From the NCBI GenBank assembly GCA_964016885.1, contig OZ024741.1, positions 134,726,001 to 134,790,000 of the forward strand: DNA of 64,000 bases, given 5' to 3'. Shown in pieces: positions 23,690-43,734 of the stretch. The stretch is from Eledone cirrhosa. Taxonomy: Eukaryota. Within the stretch, counting starts at the first letter, position 1. Each line of letters starts with the position of its first letter. The notes under the pieces are model-generated. The model had not been told where the DNA came from. It made no database searches and saw only the letters and a list, made by a program, of their open reading frames with translations. Position numbers and translations under genes: made by a program.

Positions 23690-24707
23690 CTAGCTGGCCC
23701 GTCCGGCTGGCGCTCGGCTAGGTATACCGGCATTTTATCTTTTCAGGAATCCCCACTCCACTCCAGTGCAAAGATACCGCACGCCCTCTCAAGTCAGCAA
23801 GGGTGGTAGTGGGGTGGGGATTAACGTGCTCTGATGTTGGGTTTGAATAGTTAAAAATCGTACTCACTTTTGCAAGGGCCTGTATGGCACACTGATGATG
23901 TAATGCAATGTGGATGCAATCAGCTTGTGAACTCACCTGCTCCAATCTGAATTTTTCTGTTTGTGTTGCTCTCCTGCCTTCTGCGCGGGACCTCAGCTGC
24001 TGCAGGCCATACCGGCGCTGCTCTTGAGACTGGGCTGATCGAATGGCTCTCGCTTGAGTCTTCATCTGCTGAAGGCGAGGTTCACGATCATCTTCAGACT
24101 CTCTTGCTCTAGTAACATTTTTCTTATGGAAAATCTGATCTTGCGGCCAGTCTGGGACTTTTTTGGTGGCATATCGGCAGTAACAATGACGATAAGCCGT
24201 CTGTGCTTTCGTGAAATAAATAGGTTTGTTTATACTTTGTTTTTGTGTATGCAAAAATATCTGTACACGAATATATATATTAAAATAACAGATTAAAGTT
24301 TAAGCAAAGAATCGCTGCTTTCACCCTTAACGGGATCTTCTGAAACTAAAAAATTCAATCTGTGAACGCAGAAGTCAATATATCTAAAAACGTTATCTAA
24401 TGCAGACAGCCAGATATACAGAGACATATTATAAGGGCGCGACGTTATAGCTATGTATCTATCTAAAAAGACAGACTAAGAAAGAGTGAGGAATGTCGTA
24501 TAACCGGAAGTGTTGACATTTGAAATTTTAAAGAAGTGAATATTTAAATAATGTCTTTAATCTTTTAACAAAATTCAATAGACAAAAATACTCTCACTTT
24601 TTTACTTGGAAAAAGTTACATCTATGGTGCAAATTTGGTGCTGTTTGGTCCAGCCGTTTGGCGAAAGGTTTGTTACATACATACGGCCGTCAGCTTTATA
24701 TTATAGA
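23690..24707 (-). mobile_element. nested Helitron-like element with an Arg/Glu-rich RepHel N-terminal-like fragment
   Basis: 5' TCTATAATATAAAGCTG ... CTAG 3'. Removing it restores the host minisatellite unit at an A|T site. ORF 23718-24254 has RARESEDDREPRLQQ...R.AQSQEQR-type repeats. Confidence 0.65.
24297..24347 (-). ncRNA. second, inverted copy of the hammerhead-like motif
   Basis: Reverse complement reads AGTTT CAGAAGA T CCC GTTAA GGG T GAA AGCA...TGCT T AAACT; all three stems can form. Confidence 0.55.
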
Positions 24708-24858
24708 TAGTACAGTATTACTGTTGAAAATATATAGTTAGTATTATTGTTGAAAATATATAGTATAGTATTGCTGTTGAAAATATATAGTATAGTATAG
24801 TATTAATGTTGAAAATATATAGTACAGTATTACTGTTGAAAATATGTACACGAATATA

Positions 24859-24902
<44 letters not shown>

Positions 24903-25639
24903 TAATTAAAAGTTGGTTAGAAGCGAAGTCAATGCAGACAGGAAGACATACAGACAGATATTATAAACGCGTGACGTTATAGCTATGCTGTTGAAAATAT
25001 ATAGTATAGTATTAATGTTGAAAATATATAGTACAGTATTACTGTTGAAAATATATAGTATAGTACAGCATTGCCGTTGAAAATATACAGTATAGTACAG
25101 TATTACTGTTGAAAATATATAGTATAGTATAGTATTAATGTTGAAAATATATAGTACAGTATTACTGTTGAAAATATATAGTATTGTATAGTATTAATGT
25201 TGAAAATATATAGTACAGTATTACTGTTGAAAATATATAGTACAGTACATTATTACTGTTGAAAATATATAGTGTAGTACAGTATTACTGTTGAAAATAT
25301 ATATAGTATAGTATAGTATTACTGTTGAAAGTATAGTATTACTGTTGAAAATATGTAGTATAGTATAGTATTACTGTTGAAAATATATAGTATAGTATTA
25401 CTGTTGAAAATATATAGTACACTATTACTGTTGAAAATATGTCCACGAATATATAATTATATATATATAATTAATTAAAAATTGGTTAGAAGCGAAGTCA
25501 ATGCAGACAGGCAGCCAGACAGAGAGATATTATAAGGGCTCGACGTTATAGCTATGTATCTATCTAAAAAGACAGAGTAAGAAAGTGAGGAATGGCGTAT
25601 TATATATATTATAGATTTATGTATGTATGTTATGTCGAG

Positions 25640-26200
25640 TCTGTCTTGTGTGCTACTGGTAACATGTAACCCAGTACAACCTGTCGCATGGTCGGGTCGT
25701 CGGCGACTAAACCGGCAACCCCACCAAGTTTACTTGGTGAGGAGGGTGATTTTGGACACTCTGCAGGACAAAAAACAAAACCTGACAAAGGGAGGAAGAA
25801 TTTATAAGGGTCAACAGCCATCCAAAAGTGTGTAAATATGTATATATACATGTACATATATATGTATATGTGTATATACATGGGTGAATGTGTATGTATA
25901 TACGCGGGGACATAGAAATAATCGGGCTGGACACCCGATCGCGCGGTTAAACCACTGGGAGTGAAGGACCCCTAGCCTTTGTCAGTGCATTCTTCTAGGA
26001 GAAGGCAACTCAGGAAACTGGGATAACTCCGATATAAAACCTGCGGCTCAGTAGTTACCGATGATGTTGATCTTTTCTTCTTTTTGGTTTATAGCTACTG
26101 TCGCTCAGAGAGTGGGATTGGCTCAGTGCACAGTCTTTACTCACTTTAAAAAATATCTTCATGCACAGGCATTGCACGATAGAATTAATAAATAATTATT
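25640..26200 (+). mobile_element. possible RTE-type 5' UTR or LINE-derived fragment
   Basis: GC-richer island containing CTAGGAGAAGGCAACTC...AAAACC, reminiscent of RTE 5' UTR motifs. Confidence 0.35.
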
Positions 26201-26786
26201 AATAATGGTATATCGTGCAATGGCCATACTCGATAACGAGGGGGAAGCTATCATGTATGTATGTATGTATGTATGTATGTATGTATGTATGTATGTATGT
26301 ATGTATGTATGTATGTATGTATGTATGTACGTATGCATACGTGTGTATGTTCGTATGTATGTATAAGTATATACCAACACTTTTCATCACCATTGCTTCT
26401 TTTACTTGTCATTTCTGTTGAAGTTGTTCTTGTAATAGTTGACGTTGCCCTTATTTTCATTTTCTTTGATTTCTTTCGTTTTTCTTTTATTTCCCTAGGG
26501 AATTCGTTGACAAGCTTCATTTATTTATTTTCTTTGTTTTCTTCATTCAAATACACTCACACATCATTCAAATACACTCACACGTCTGAGACGTACAAAT
26601 ATGGCTTATAAAATTTACCAGAGTAAAGAACCTTCCAGCGTGCCCCTTGCGCCTCCCAAAGCTTCAAACGCCCCATAACGCCACCTTGCTCCAAAACGAC
26701 CCTCCGGAGCTCCGAAACGGCCTCCGGGGGAGGGGGAGAGAGAGAGTGTGTATGACCCCCCCCCGTTGAGAACCTTTAGTGTAGAC

Positions 26787-29700
26787 TAATAAGAGAAAAG
26801 TAGGAAGTAATATGTTAAATGTTAATATTTCGATTAATTTAATCTTCTTCAAAGATTACCTAATTCGATAATCTTTAATATTTAATGCTTTTTTTTTTTT
26901 TATCAATATGCTTTTCTATTAAATATTTTTTTTTGTCTAAGTTAATATTTTTATCTGTAAAAAATATTGTCGATAGTGACTGAAGCTGATTCAGATGAAG
27001 CAGACGTACTGAGTTAATCGGTGCGACTGCTGTTTCTAAAATATGAGGCAAAATCTACTATTTTATTTTTTATAAAAAAAAAAATCAATATTTGAAATTA
27101 GTTATAACCAACCAGTGCTGTTTTTGTAATTAAATTCAGCTACATAATCGTATATTTAAACAGTAGCCTCCAAGTACCTGCTGTGTAAATTTCAAACCTC
27201 ACCGCTGTATATTGACAACATATATCTTTCAAAGTCATTTCTTGTGATATTCAACCCTCAGCTTCGTCTTAGAAATAGTTTATATTATATATAACATACG
27301 TTGTTGAATTTTAAAATATTCCTGGATGTAAAAAAAAAAAGATAAAAATAGTTGCTCTTCGAATTATAGACATCTATTATTTATTTGAATTATTTATCAC
27401 AATGGTGAAAGATACATTTACCACCAACACCAGTCAGTTGTTATCTATCAATTATTATTATTAATCCCGCCGAGGTAAACTTTGCCTTTCACCCTTACAG
27501 GGTCGCTAAAATAATACACTGGGATAATTGCTAGCCTTGTGCCGAAAGTAGAAACAATTATTATGAATGCGTCATCGTCAAATTTTGCTGATTTCTAAAT
27601 ATAGTTTCTAGTTCTGAAGTTTTTGATGTCAGCTCAACTTGCTTTTTGCTGACTTAGTTACACTAGTCATATATGTGATTACTCATAATTTCACGGTCAA
27701 ATAATTAGCTAACTAAGATTGATTTTAAATGTAATCTACTAGATTATCGACTAATTAAAAATTCATAACGTTGACTAAATTTCAACCATTAATGTATATT
27801 AAAACATTTTACTAACTTAGACAAATGTTGAACCTGCCAGTAATTTTTTATGGTGGGGGTGAATTTATATTTTTTTAATTCTCCAACTTAACTTCATTAC
27901 TTAAGACATTGTCTTGTTTGAATTACTTTTAGCGGTCTTATTTCAGAATATTGAAGTACGACACTTCTTTCTACGTTTTTATTTCTAAACCCACCTCCCG
28001 TAAAAATACTAATTATTTATCCCCATAGTCCTATGTAACCAACACTACAGGGAAGCTGAGATCTTAAGGAACCGGGTTCCATTCCTTTCGTTTTATTTAT
28101 TCCTGCTGCTAATTAATATATTTGTGAACAGCATGTTTCGGTGCTTGCCCTTCCCCTGACAGCGAAGAAGAGACCCGAAATTCATAATGGCTCCTTTTCA
28201 TACCAACTTGTCCAAAACCGGTTCTGGTTCTATGAAACAAAATCGCTCATTTTAAAGAATTTATATTTAAATTAAAATCTTTCAACATAATTTTTATAAG
28301 AACCATGTTAAGTTACTGTCTTAGTAAGGGACTGTGCCTGTAATTTAAAGGGGTTTCCTTGTCACAAACTGACATGCTGAATCTCCATGTGAGAATTACG
28401 TTATGGGTACATGTCTGGAATGTTCAGTCACTTACACGTTAATTTCACGATCAGGTTGTTCTGTTTATTAAACAACTGGAACATTCATTGTCAAAACTAA
28501 CGTAGGTTTATCCCATTACTGCTACCCACCTCTACGTATTGTAAAATTCTTGATTATCTATGTGTGGAGAGACTTCTACTTTGATTCAACATATACCACT
28601 TAGTCACCTCCATTACACAGGAGCTGGTAAACATGTCCCTAGAGCTATCTTTGTAGATCTTGAACCTACTGTTGTCGGTAAGTAATATCACACACAGCAG
28701 AATGGTTATTAAAATAAGAAACCTTCCATTTAAACATTTTGCGACTATACATCTAATGAAAGGGTAACTTAAATAGAATTATCATGGAAGGGTTTTAAAC
28801 ATTTAAACAGCTTTGTATGATAGATCCAGAAGCAGTTCAGTATCAATATTTCTTTTTTAGTTTTCCAGGAGCTACCAAGATCCCAGACCTCATTCACTTA
28901 TTGAGTAGAGTGGGACTCATCACATCGGACCAAGAAAATGTTTCCATTCGTCTTTCTATTGCTGATACTATCTACTGATCACAACTCCTGACAGAAGGAG
29001 CAACGTGAAATAGTGTGTTGCTCAAGGACATATATCGCCTGATCCGGTAATCGAACTCACAACCTCACAATTGTGAATCTAGTTCTCTATCCACTAAGCA
29101 ACGTGCCTTCACAAAATGGTTTAAGCTATAATATATTAATTTTTAATTTGATTACTTAATAGTTGAACCATTTTCTTATTGCGATTCTAGTTTACCATCA
29201 GTTATACACATTAACAGACACTATAGATTACATTCTCTAACAAATAGGAACTTCTGTTATTAGAATATTAATGGTTCTTTCTTCATTACAATTTTAAATA
29301 TTTCATCAATTTCTTGTCACAAACTGTCATGCTGAGTCTCCATGAGAAATATGTTAAGGGCCTATGTATCAGAGGAATTCTCGGTAAGGTGCATAGTAGT
29401 TTCTGTGATCAAACCTGGATGTTGAACGCCCAACTTATACTAATTTAAACCACTTAATTGCTCAGCTAGTCAGTTCTATTACTGCCTCTCTGAGATTTGA
29501 CGGTGCTCTTAGTGGATCTGACTGAGTTTCAGATTAATTTGGTACCTTATCCTAGGATTCACTTCCCATTGGCTACATATTCTCCAATTATTTCTGCTCC
29601 GAAAGCCTACCATGAACAACTGACTATTGCTGAAATCACTAACGCATGTTTTGAACCAGTGAACCAAATGGTTAAATGTGACCCACGTCATGGCAAATAC

Positions 29701-30106
29701 ATGGCTTGTTGTATGTTGTATCGTGGTGATGTCGTACCAAAGATGTTAACGCAACTATTGCAACTATCAAGACAATTCAGTTTGTTGACTGGTGTCCAAA
29801 TGGTTTCAAAGTTGGTATCAACTACTAACCTCCAACTGTTGTTCCAAGTGGGGACTTAGCTAAGGTCCAACGAGCTGTGTGTATGTTAAGCAAACCACAG
29901 TAATTCCTGATGCTTGGGCCCGTCTTGATCATAAATTTGACTTGATGTATGCCAAACGTGCTTTCGTTCACTGGGATGTAGGAGAAGGTATGGAGGAAGG
30001 TGAGTTCGCTGATGCTCGTGAGGATTTGGCTGCTTTAGAGAAAGATTATGAAGAGGTTGGTATTGATAGATTTGATGCTGAAGAGGAAGAAGGAGATGAA
30101 TATTAA
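26787..30106 (+). pseudogene. TUBA: alpha-tubulin G2, deleted pseudogene
   Basis: Promoter and exon 1 are deleted at ~26810. Only the 3' end of exon 2 remains (~28617-28677). Exon 3 starts at ~29411 and has frameshifts and a stop; it ends EEEEGDEY at 30106. Confidence 0.9.
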
Positions 30107-31820
30107 ATTTCCTAAATTAATTAAAATGTAACAAGGTTTTGAAATAAATTTTGAAGTTAATCTATATTTTGTACTATTTTTTCTTTGTTAATTTTCCAAG
30201 TACATGTAATGGTCTGATGGTTACTTTGCTGAGGTGGTTTTAGGTAGGGGTGCTAGTATGTGTGCTGGGGTCACTTGCCTATTTAAGTTATGTACTTTTC
30301 TACGTTCCCTCATCTGACCTGCCACCACTACAATAATCTGTACGAATGTCCTCTTTCTCTTTCCCTCTTACTTTGTTTTCTTAACTCGTTTCTTGAAACC
30401 ATATTGTATTTGTCTTCAATGGCTTAATCAGAAAAGGTGTCCGTGCCACTTTTCAAGTTCCTAAGATACGTGTGTGGGTAGCGGGGTTTCTTTCTTTAGA
30501 CCATAGAACGGGCCTAAGTGCTTTCAACAAGGTGAACAACTTCAACAGCAGTCCAAATCCAGATGCTGGTGTTAAGCTGACCAGCAGATATACACCCACT
30601 TACCCAAGAAAAAGAATGGCCCTAGCAGCAGGACTCTGCACAGTCGCCGTCTACCAAATGTTATTTACTGAAGATATAGTGTAAATCACCTAAGGTACTA
30701 TGCAATGTAATCAACCAGAAATTACATAGCCACAAAATGCTCTTAACTACACACCCTTATTTGCACCAACTAACTTCCAATATCTTAAATGAATAAAATA
30801 TTGGTTTTAATTAAGATATATGGCTAGCAAAGTAGGTTAAATAAATCATAGTACTTGACTAACGAAGTGTCGTACTTCAATATTCTGAAATAAGGTTATG
30901 AGTTTCATTCCCGGACCCGATGGCACACTGTATCCTTGAGCAAGACACTTTATTTCACATTACTCCAGTCTATTCAGCTGCTAAAAATGAGTTGTACCTG
31001 TAACTCATGGGTCAGTCTTGTCACTCAGTGTCACACAATCTCCCTGAGAACTATGTTAAGGGAACATGTGTCTGTCAAATGCTAAGCCACTTAGACTCAA
31101 GTCGAACCACTCTCAGTAGAGTTTGGAGTCAGAATCATTGATGTAGCTGGCTAGGAATTGTGATATAAACATAGGTGGCTGAGCATTCCACAGGCATGCG
31201 TGCCTTTAACATACTTCTCTGGGAGATTCAGTATAACATACAGTGTGTGTCAAGACTGGCCCTTTGAATTACAGCAACAGTTCATCAGATGGGTTTCCAA
31301 ACAGTTTCTATCTACCGAATTTCATTCACAAAACATGGATCAACCTGAGGCTATGGTAAATGACACTTGTCTAAAATGTCAGGCAGTGGAGTTGAACTCT
31401 GAACCTAATGATTATAAGTGAACTTCTTAACCATGTGTCATTGTTGTAGCGTCTATTATTAGGAATTATAAACAGTGTGAAAAGAGCTCTCAACCAGATG
31501 TCTAGTCAGGTTATGGCACATAGCTACTAAAATCACGACCGACCGATCGGTCGTGTAGACTAATAAGAGAAAGGTAGGAAGTGAGGAGGAGAAGGAGGGG
31601 CATAGAAAATAGAGTGAGATTTAAAGAGAAAAGAAGGAGGATACCGCTATAAACGACTTTGCAATGCTTGTGGCTCTTTGTTCAATCGCTCTGTGATCTC
31701 ACGTAGGATTCATCACAGTTCAGCGAGTCTGGCTCAAGTTTGCTCCCGTATTTCCTTAAACCACAGAAGAAATTCACTTCTTTCTTTTGAACACTAAAAA
31801 ATACTTTCAAATCTTTAATA

Positions 31821-35711
<3,891 letters not shown>

Positions 35712-36384
35712 ATTTCCTGAATTAATTAAAATGTAACAAGGTTTTGAAATAAATTTTGAAGTTAATCTATATTTACTTTATTTTTTATTTTTGAATACAT
35801 ATAATGGTCTGATGGTTACTTTTGTGTGGTGTGGTGGTTGTAGGTAGGGTTGCTCTGGAGAATGTGTGCTGGGGTCCCTTGCCTATTTTATTGATGTACT
35901 TTTCTACATTCCCTCATCTAGTCCTTAAGATAGGTGTGCGTGTAGGGGATGGGGTTCTTTCCTTAGACCATAGATCGGGTCTAATTGCTTTCACCAAAGT
36001 GAACTACTTTAACAGCAATCCAGATGTTGGTGTTAAGCTGTCCAACAGATATACTCACCTACCCACTACAATGATCTGTTCTGAACAAGACCCACATATA
36101 TGAATGTCCGTTTTCTCTCTCGCTCCCTTTTTCCTTTTTTTCTTCTTGCATTTTTTTTCAATGGCTTACTGAGAAAAAGGCAATATCCTTGGTGTGCGTG
36201 TAGGGGTGGTGCCTTCCTCAGACCATAGAATAGGCCTAAGTGCTTTCAACAAAGTGAACATTAACAGTAGTTAAGATGTTGGTGTTAAGCTAAAATAGCA
36301 TAACTGTAAAGTGAAGCTCTTAACTAAACACCCATGTTTTCACCAACTAGCTTTTCATGTTTTCTTTTTTCTATTTATTTATTT

Positions 36385-36553
36385 TTTTACTGGCCTTGTT
36401 AGGGTGATAGATTCGATGTAGATTCGTTTTACTGGCCTTGTTAGGGTGATACATTCGATGTAGATTCGTTTTACTGGCCTTGTTAGGGTGATAGATTCGA
36501 TGTAGATTCGTTTTACTGGCCTTGTTAGGGTGATAGATTCGATATAGATTCGA
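36385..36553. repeat. 42-bp tandem repeat, ~4 copies
   Basis: Unit TTTTACTGGCCTTGTTAGGGTGATAGATTCGATGTAGATTCG; a single related unit lies at ~13895. Confidence 0.95.
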
Positions 36554-37155
36554 TTCCTGAACTAGGTAGCGTGTTCTTGAGTAAAACACTTCATGTTACG
36601 TTATTCCAGTATATTCTCAGCTGAAAATGAGTGCCAGCTGTAGCTGAGGGTTTAACCTTGCGATCGACTGGTGTCCTGTCCAGAGGAAAGTTTTATATTG
36701 TCACTTAACGTCAAGGAAATATAAAATTGTAAGTGAAAGGTTTTAATTAGTATTTTCTTGCTGACTTTACCTAGAAGCGACTGGAATAAAAGCGGTATTG
36801 GTAAATTAATATTTAAGCCAATAATTAATTGGTGTGGTCGGAATATAGTTATAGCTCATTACGTTCTGAGCTCAAATCCCGCCAAAGTTAGCTTTGCCTT
36901 CCATCCTCACGAGGTCGATAAAATAAAGTACCAGTAACGCAGTGGGGTTGATTTAATCGCCTTTCCCCCTACCCAAAATTGTTAGTCTTGTGGCAAGAAT
37001 AAAAACTATTATTAATGAGTGGAATAAAAGTCAATAGGCTACTTTTTATAAATTATATTATAAAGTAGTTTCCACCCTTAGTATGACTTTTGATTGAAAT
37101 AAACACGACAGAACAAGGAGAACAACGTAGCTGTTCCCTGGTGTACTAAATATAA

Positions 37156-39070
37156 CACTGGTCTACAAGGCTCTTTGTGTTTAGGAAATAGACATCATTC
37201 CTATATAAAATCGGTCTCTTGATTCCAAATATAACCTTCTTTTTGACCTATAGTTTTTAAGTTATTTAACATCCCTATAGTCACTGTATGTTTGTACTCC
37301 AGTACGCAGTGTTCGTTACCTTATTCTAATTCTAAGTTTTTTTTCTTTTTCCAAACTTTTTAGATGTTATGGTGAACTAAGCAATAGCAAATGAGCAAGA
37401 TGTCATTTTCAAGAAAGTGTTGCGTTAATTCTCCAAATGTGTTTTGTTATGTTTGTGCAGAATACACATTACCTGAAAATCGAAAAAAACATCACTGATT
37501 TTGTTGAAAGAGCGTATATGGCATATTTTGGGGTCAAGCTGGGAGACCAAGATAAATATTGGGCACCGCATAGTGTCTGCAAACTATGTACAAAACATTT
37601 GTGACAATGGACTAAAGGGACAAGGAAAAGTATGAGGTTTTCTATACCAATGGTATGGCGGGAGCCCTATAATCACGTGGACGACTGCTATTTTTGTAAC
37701 CTAAATTTGAAGGGTATTAACCGGAAAAATCGACAAACGCTTGTCTATCCTAATCTTGCCTCTGCTATTAGACCGGTTCCACACAGTGAAGAGCTTCCTG
37801 TTCCTGTCTTCAATGTCTTGCCTCAGATAACTTTACCATCAACCAAAGAAGATTCATCACCTGAAGACGACACTTGAGATCAAGACTTTTCAGTTGAGAC
37901 TTTACCTCAGCTATTCTCTTAGGTAGAGCTGAATGATCTAGTTCGTGACTTGAACCTCCCCAAAAATTCTGCTGAACTGTTGGCTTCCCGGCTGAAAGAG
38001 AAGAATCTTCTAGAGAATGGTGTCCGTATAACCTTTTATCTGAGTCGGCATGAAGAGTTCTTCTCTTTCTTCACAAAAGAGGAAGAACTGAGATGTCAGT
38101 GGGCTTCTTAATAAACTTGGCATTGAGGAATACAAACCAGAGGAATGGCGTCTTTTCATAGATAGCTCTAAGCGTAGTTTAAAATGTGTATTGTTGCACA
38201 ACGAAAATGTGTATGGCTCTGTCCCACTCAACAACTCTGAAGGAAAAGTATGAAGAAATTAAGTTGGTTTTAGAGAAGATACTGTATCATGTTCATAAAG
38301 CGTTGACTTAAAGATGGTGAATTTTCTCATGGGACAGCAATCTGGATATACCAAATATCTGTGCTTTCTTTGCATGTGGGACAGTAGAGACCGAGTAAAC
38401 CACTATGTTAAGAAAGACTGGCCACCTCGAACAAATATGGCTCCATGTAGAGCTGCCAAAGAACCCTTGGAAGAACCTTTAGTTGAGCGAGATAAGATCA
38501 TTTTCCCCCTTTGCACATCAAACTCTGATTGATCAAACAATTCGTCAAAGCTCTTGACAAAAATGGGGAGTGCTTCAAGTATATCTGCAGTGTATTTTCA
38601 GACTTGACGATTGAAAAACTTAAAGCGGGGATTTTTGATAGACCACAGATCCGTAAGCTCTTGAAGGATACAAATTTCATGAAAACCATGAGCGAAAATG
38701 AAGCATCAGCTTGGCTAGACTTTGCAGAAGTAGTGCAAAATTTCCTTGGAAAACACAAAAGTGAAAACTATAAAGACCTTGTTACCAACTTGATATCAAC
38801 CTTTCGTTATATTGGCGCGAATATGAGCATCAAAATGCATTATCGTTTTAGTCATCTTGATCCTTTTCCTGAAAATCTCGGAGATGTTAGCGATGAACAA
38901 GGCGAACGATTCCATCAGGACATCAAGGAGATGGAAACTCGGTACCAAGGACGTTGGGACGATGTGATGATGGCAGACTATTGCTGGTGTTTAAAACGAG
39001 ATACTCCTGTTGCTCAACATTCACGGTGCACAAAGAAGCGTAAATTTAATCAATTTTGAATTTTTATTTG
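37156..39070 (+). mobile_element. Chapaev3-like (CMC) DNA transposon remnant with a disrupted transposase; right end missing
   Basis: Starts TAA|CACTG; CVNSPNVFCYVC, DQDKYWAPH, PMVWREP.NH.DDCYFC, FIDSSKRSLK, SDEQGERFHQDI...RYQGRW...ADYCW; stops and frameshifts; empty site at ~14268. Confidence 0.75.
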
Positions 39071-39503
39071 GGACCGTTCTATGGACTAAGGAAAGAAACT
39101 CCCGACTTTAACACCCGTCTTGAAAAGGGGCACGGACATTGCTTTTTTCTGATGAAGCCACTGAGGACAACTGCAATATGGTTCCAAGTGATGAGTTAAA
39201 AAAAAAAAGAGTTAAAAAAAAGAGTGAAAGAGAAAGTGGACATTCGTATATGTGAGCCTTGATCAGAATAGATCATTGTAGTGGTGGCAGGAAAGATGAG
39301 GGAACGTACAAAAGTACATCAATAAAATAAGCAACTGACCCCCAGCACACATTCTCCTTAGCACCCCTACCTAAAACCACCACACCGCCAAATTAACCAT
39401 CAGACCATAACATGTATTGGGAAAAATAAAGAATAAAAAAGAACAAAAATTAACTTCAAATTTTATTTCAAGACATTGTTACATTTTAATTCATTCAGGA
39501 AAT

Positions 39504-42000
<2,497 letters not shown>

Positions 42001-42756
42001 TTGCTCTTCGAATTATACGTAAGTCAATATTAGGATTTTAAAAATCATCTTTGCTAGCCATGTGTTTCAAAACAATATTTCAATCATTTAAAAGAAGATA
42101 TTTGTGTGTGGTTAAGAGCTCACTTTACAGCTAGGTTATTTCAGCTTAACACCAACATCTGGAGAGAAGGCCGTTAACGTTCACTTTGTTGAAAGCACTT
42201 AGATACGTTCTATGGTCTAAGGAAAGAGCCACCACTACACGCACACATTTCTTGGTGACTTGAAAAGGGGCAGACCATTGAGAACAAATGCAATATGGTT
42301 CCAAGAAATGAGTAAAAGAAGAAAAAAAGGAAAGGTTGGGGGGGGGGGGGGGAGGCGAGAGAGAACGAGAACATTCCTATATGTGGACCTTGTTCAGAAC
42401 AAATCATTGTAGTGGGAAGGTGAGTATATTTGTTGGACAGCTTAACACCAAAATTTGGACTGCTCTTAAATTAGTTCACTTTGGTGAAAGCAATTATACC
42501 AGATCTATGGTCGAAGGAAAGAACCCCAGCCCCTACACGCACACCTGTCTTAAGGAATAAATGAGGGAACGTAGAAAATTACATAAATTAAATAGGCAAG
42601 TGACCCCAGTACACATTATTCTCCATAGCAACCCTACACCACCAAAGTAATCGTCAGATCATTACATTATTGGGAAATAAAAAAAAACCGACTAAATATA
42701 GATTAATTTCAAATTTTATTTCAAAACCTTGTTACATTTTAATTAATTCAGGGAAT

Positions 42757-43512
<756 letters not shown>

Positions 43513-43663
43513 AACCAGACTACCCGTGACCCAACGGGTCGCGTTCACTTCAAAATATAAAAAAAAAAATTATGTTCACTTAAAAATAATTTTTAAATAA
43601 TTAAAATATTTGCAGACATGTATATAATGTGAAATGAAACTGGAAGGCCCATATATATGTATA

Positions 43664-43734
<71 letters not shown>

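Larger units (their letters stand above)
23420..25440. repeat. ~24-29 bp AT-rich minisatellite (TAGTATTACTGTTGAAAATATATAG), interrupted
   Basis: Tandem units at ~23420-23689, ~24708-24845 and ~24988-25440. Confidence 0.9.
23303..25615 (-). mobile_element. non-autonomous Helitron-like element with internal minisatellite (outer element)
   Basis: Minus-strand 5' TCTATAAT at 25615; 3' GC-rich segment ending CTAG at 23303; inserted between A and T. Confidence 0.6.
20596..26778. mobile_element. non-autonomous hAT-type DNA transposon carrying nested insertions
   Basis: 8-bp TSD GTGTAGAC (20588-20595 and 26779-26786); imperfect TIRs CACAGGTTCTCAAC / GTTGAGAACCTTTA; empty sites at ~31553 and ~45423. 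Confidence 0.8.

Noticed and set aside
23420-25440. AT-rich repeat as a CRISPR-like array
   Set aside because: Contiguous minisatellite without spacers, inside a Helitron-like element.
25640-25720. HDV-like ribozyme at the start of the putative RTE 5' fragment
   Set aside because: Only a small GTCG-TCGG-CGAC hairpin is evident; a nested double pseudoknot could not be built by eye.
36371-36589. 42-bp repeats as a CRISPR array or a repeat protein
   Set aside because: Head-to-tail units with no unique spacers, no cas genes, eukaryotic context; it is a local expansion of flank sequence.
39149-39175. CTGATGAAGCC as a hammerhead core
   Set aside because: No stem II-GAAA follows, and paralogous positions read GGATGAAG.
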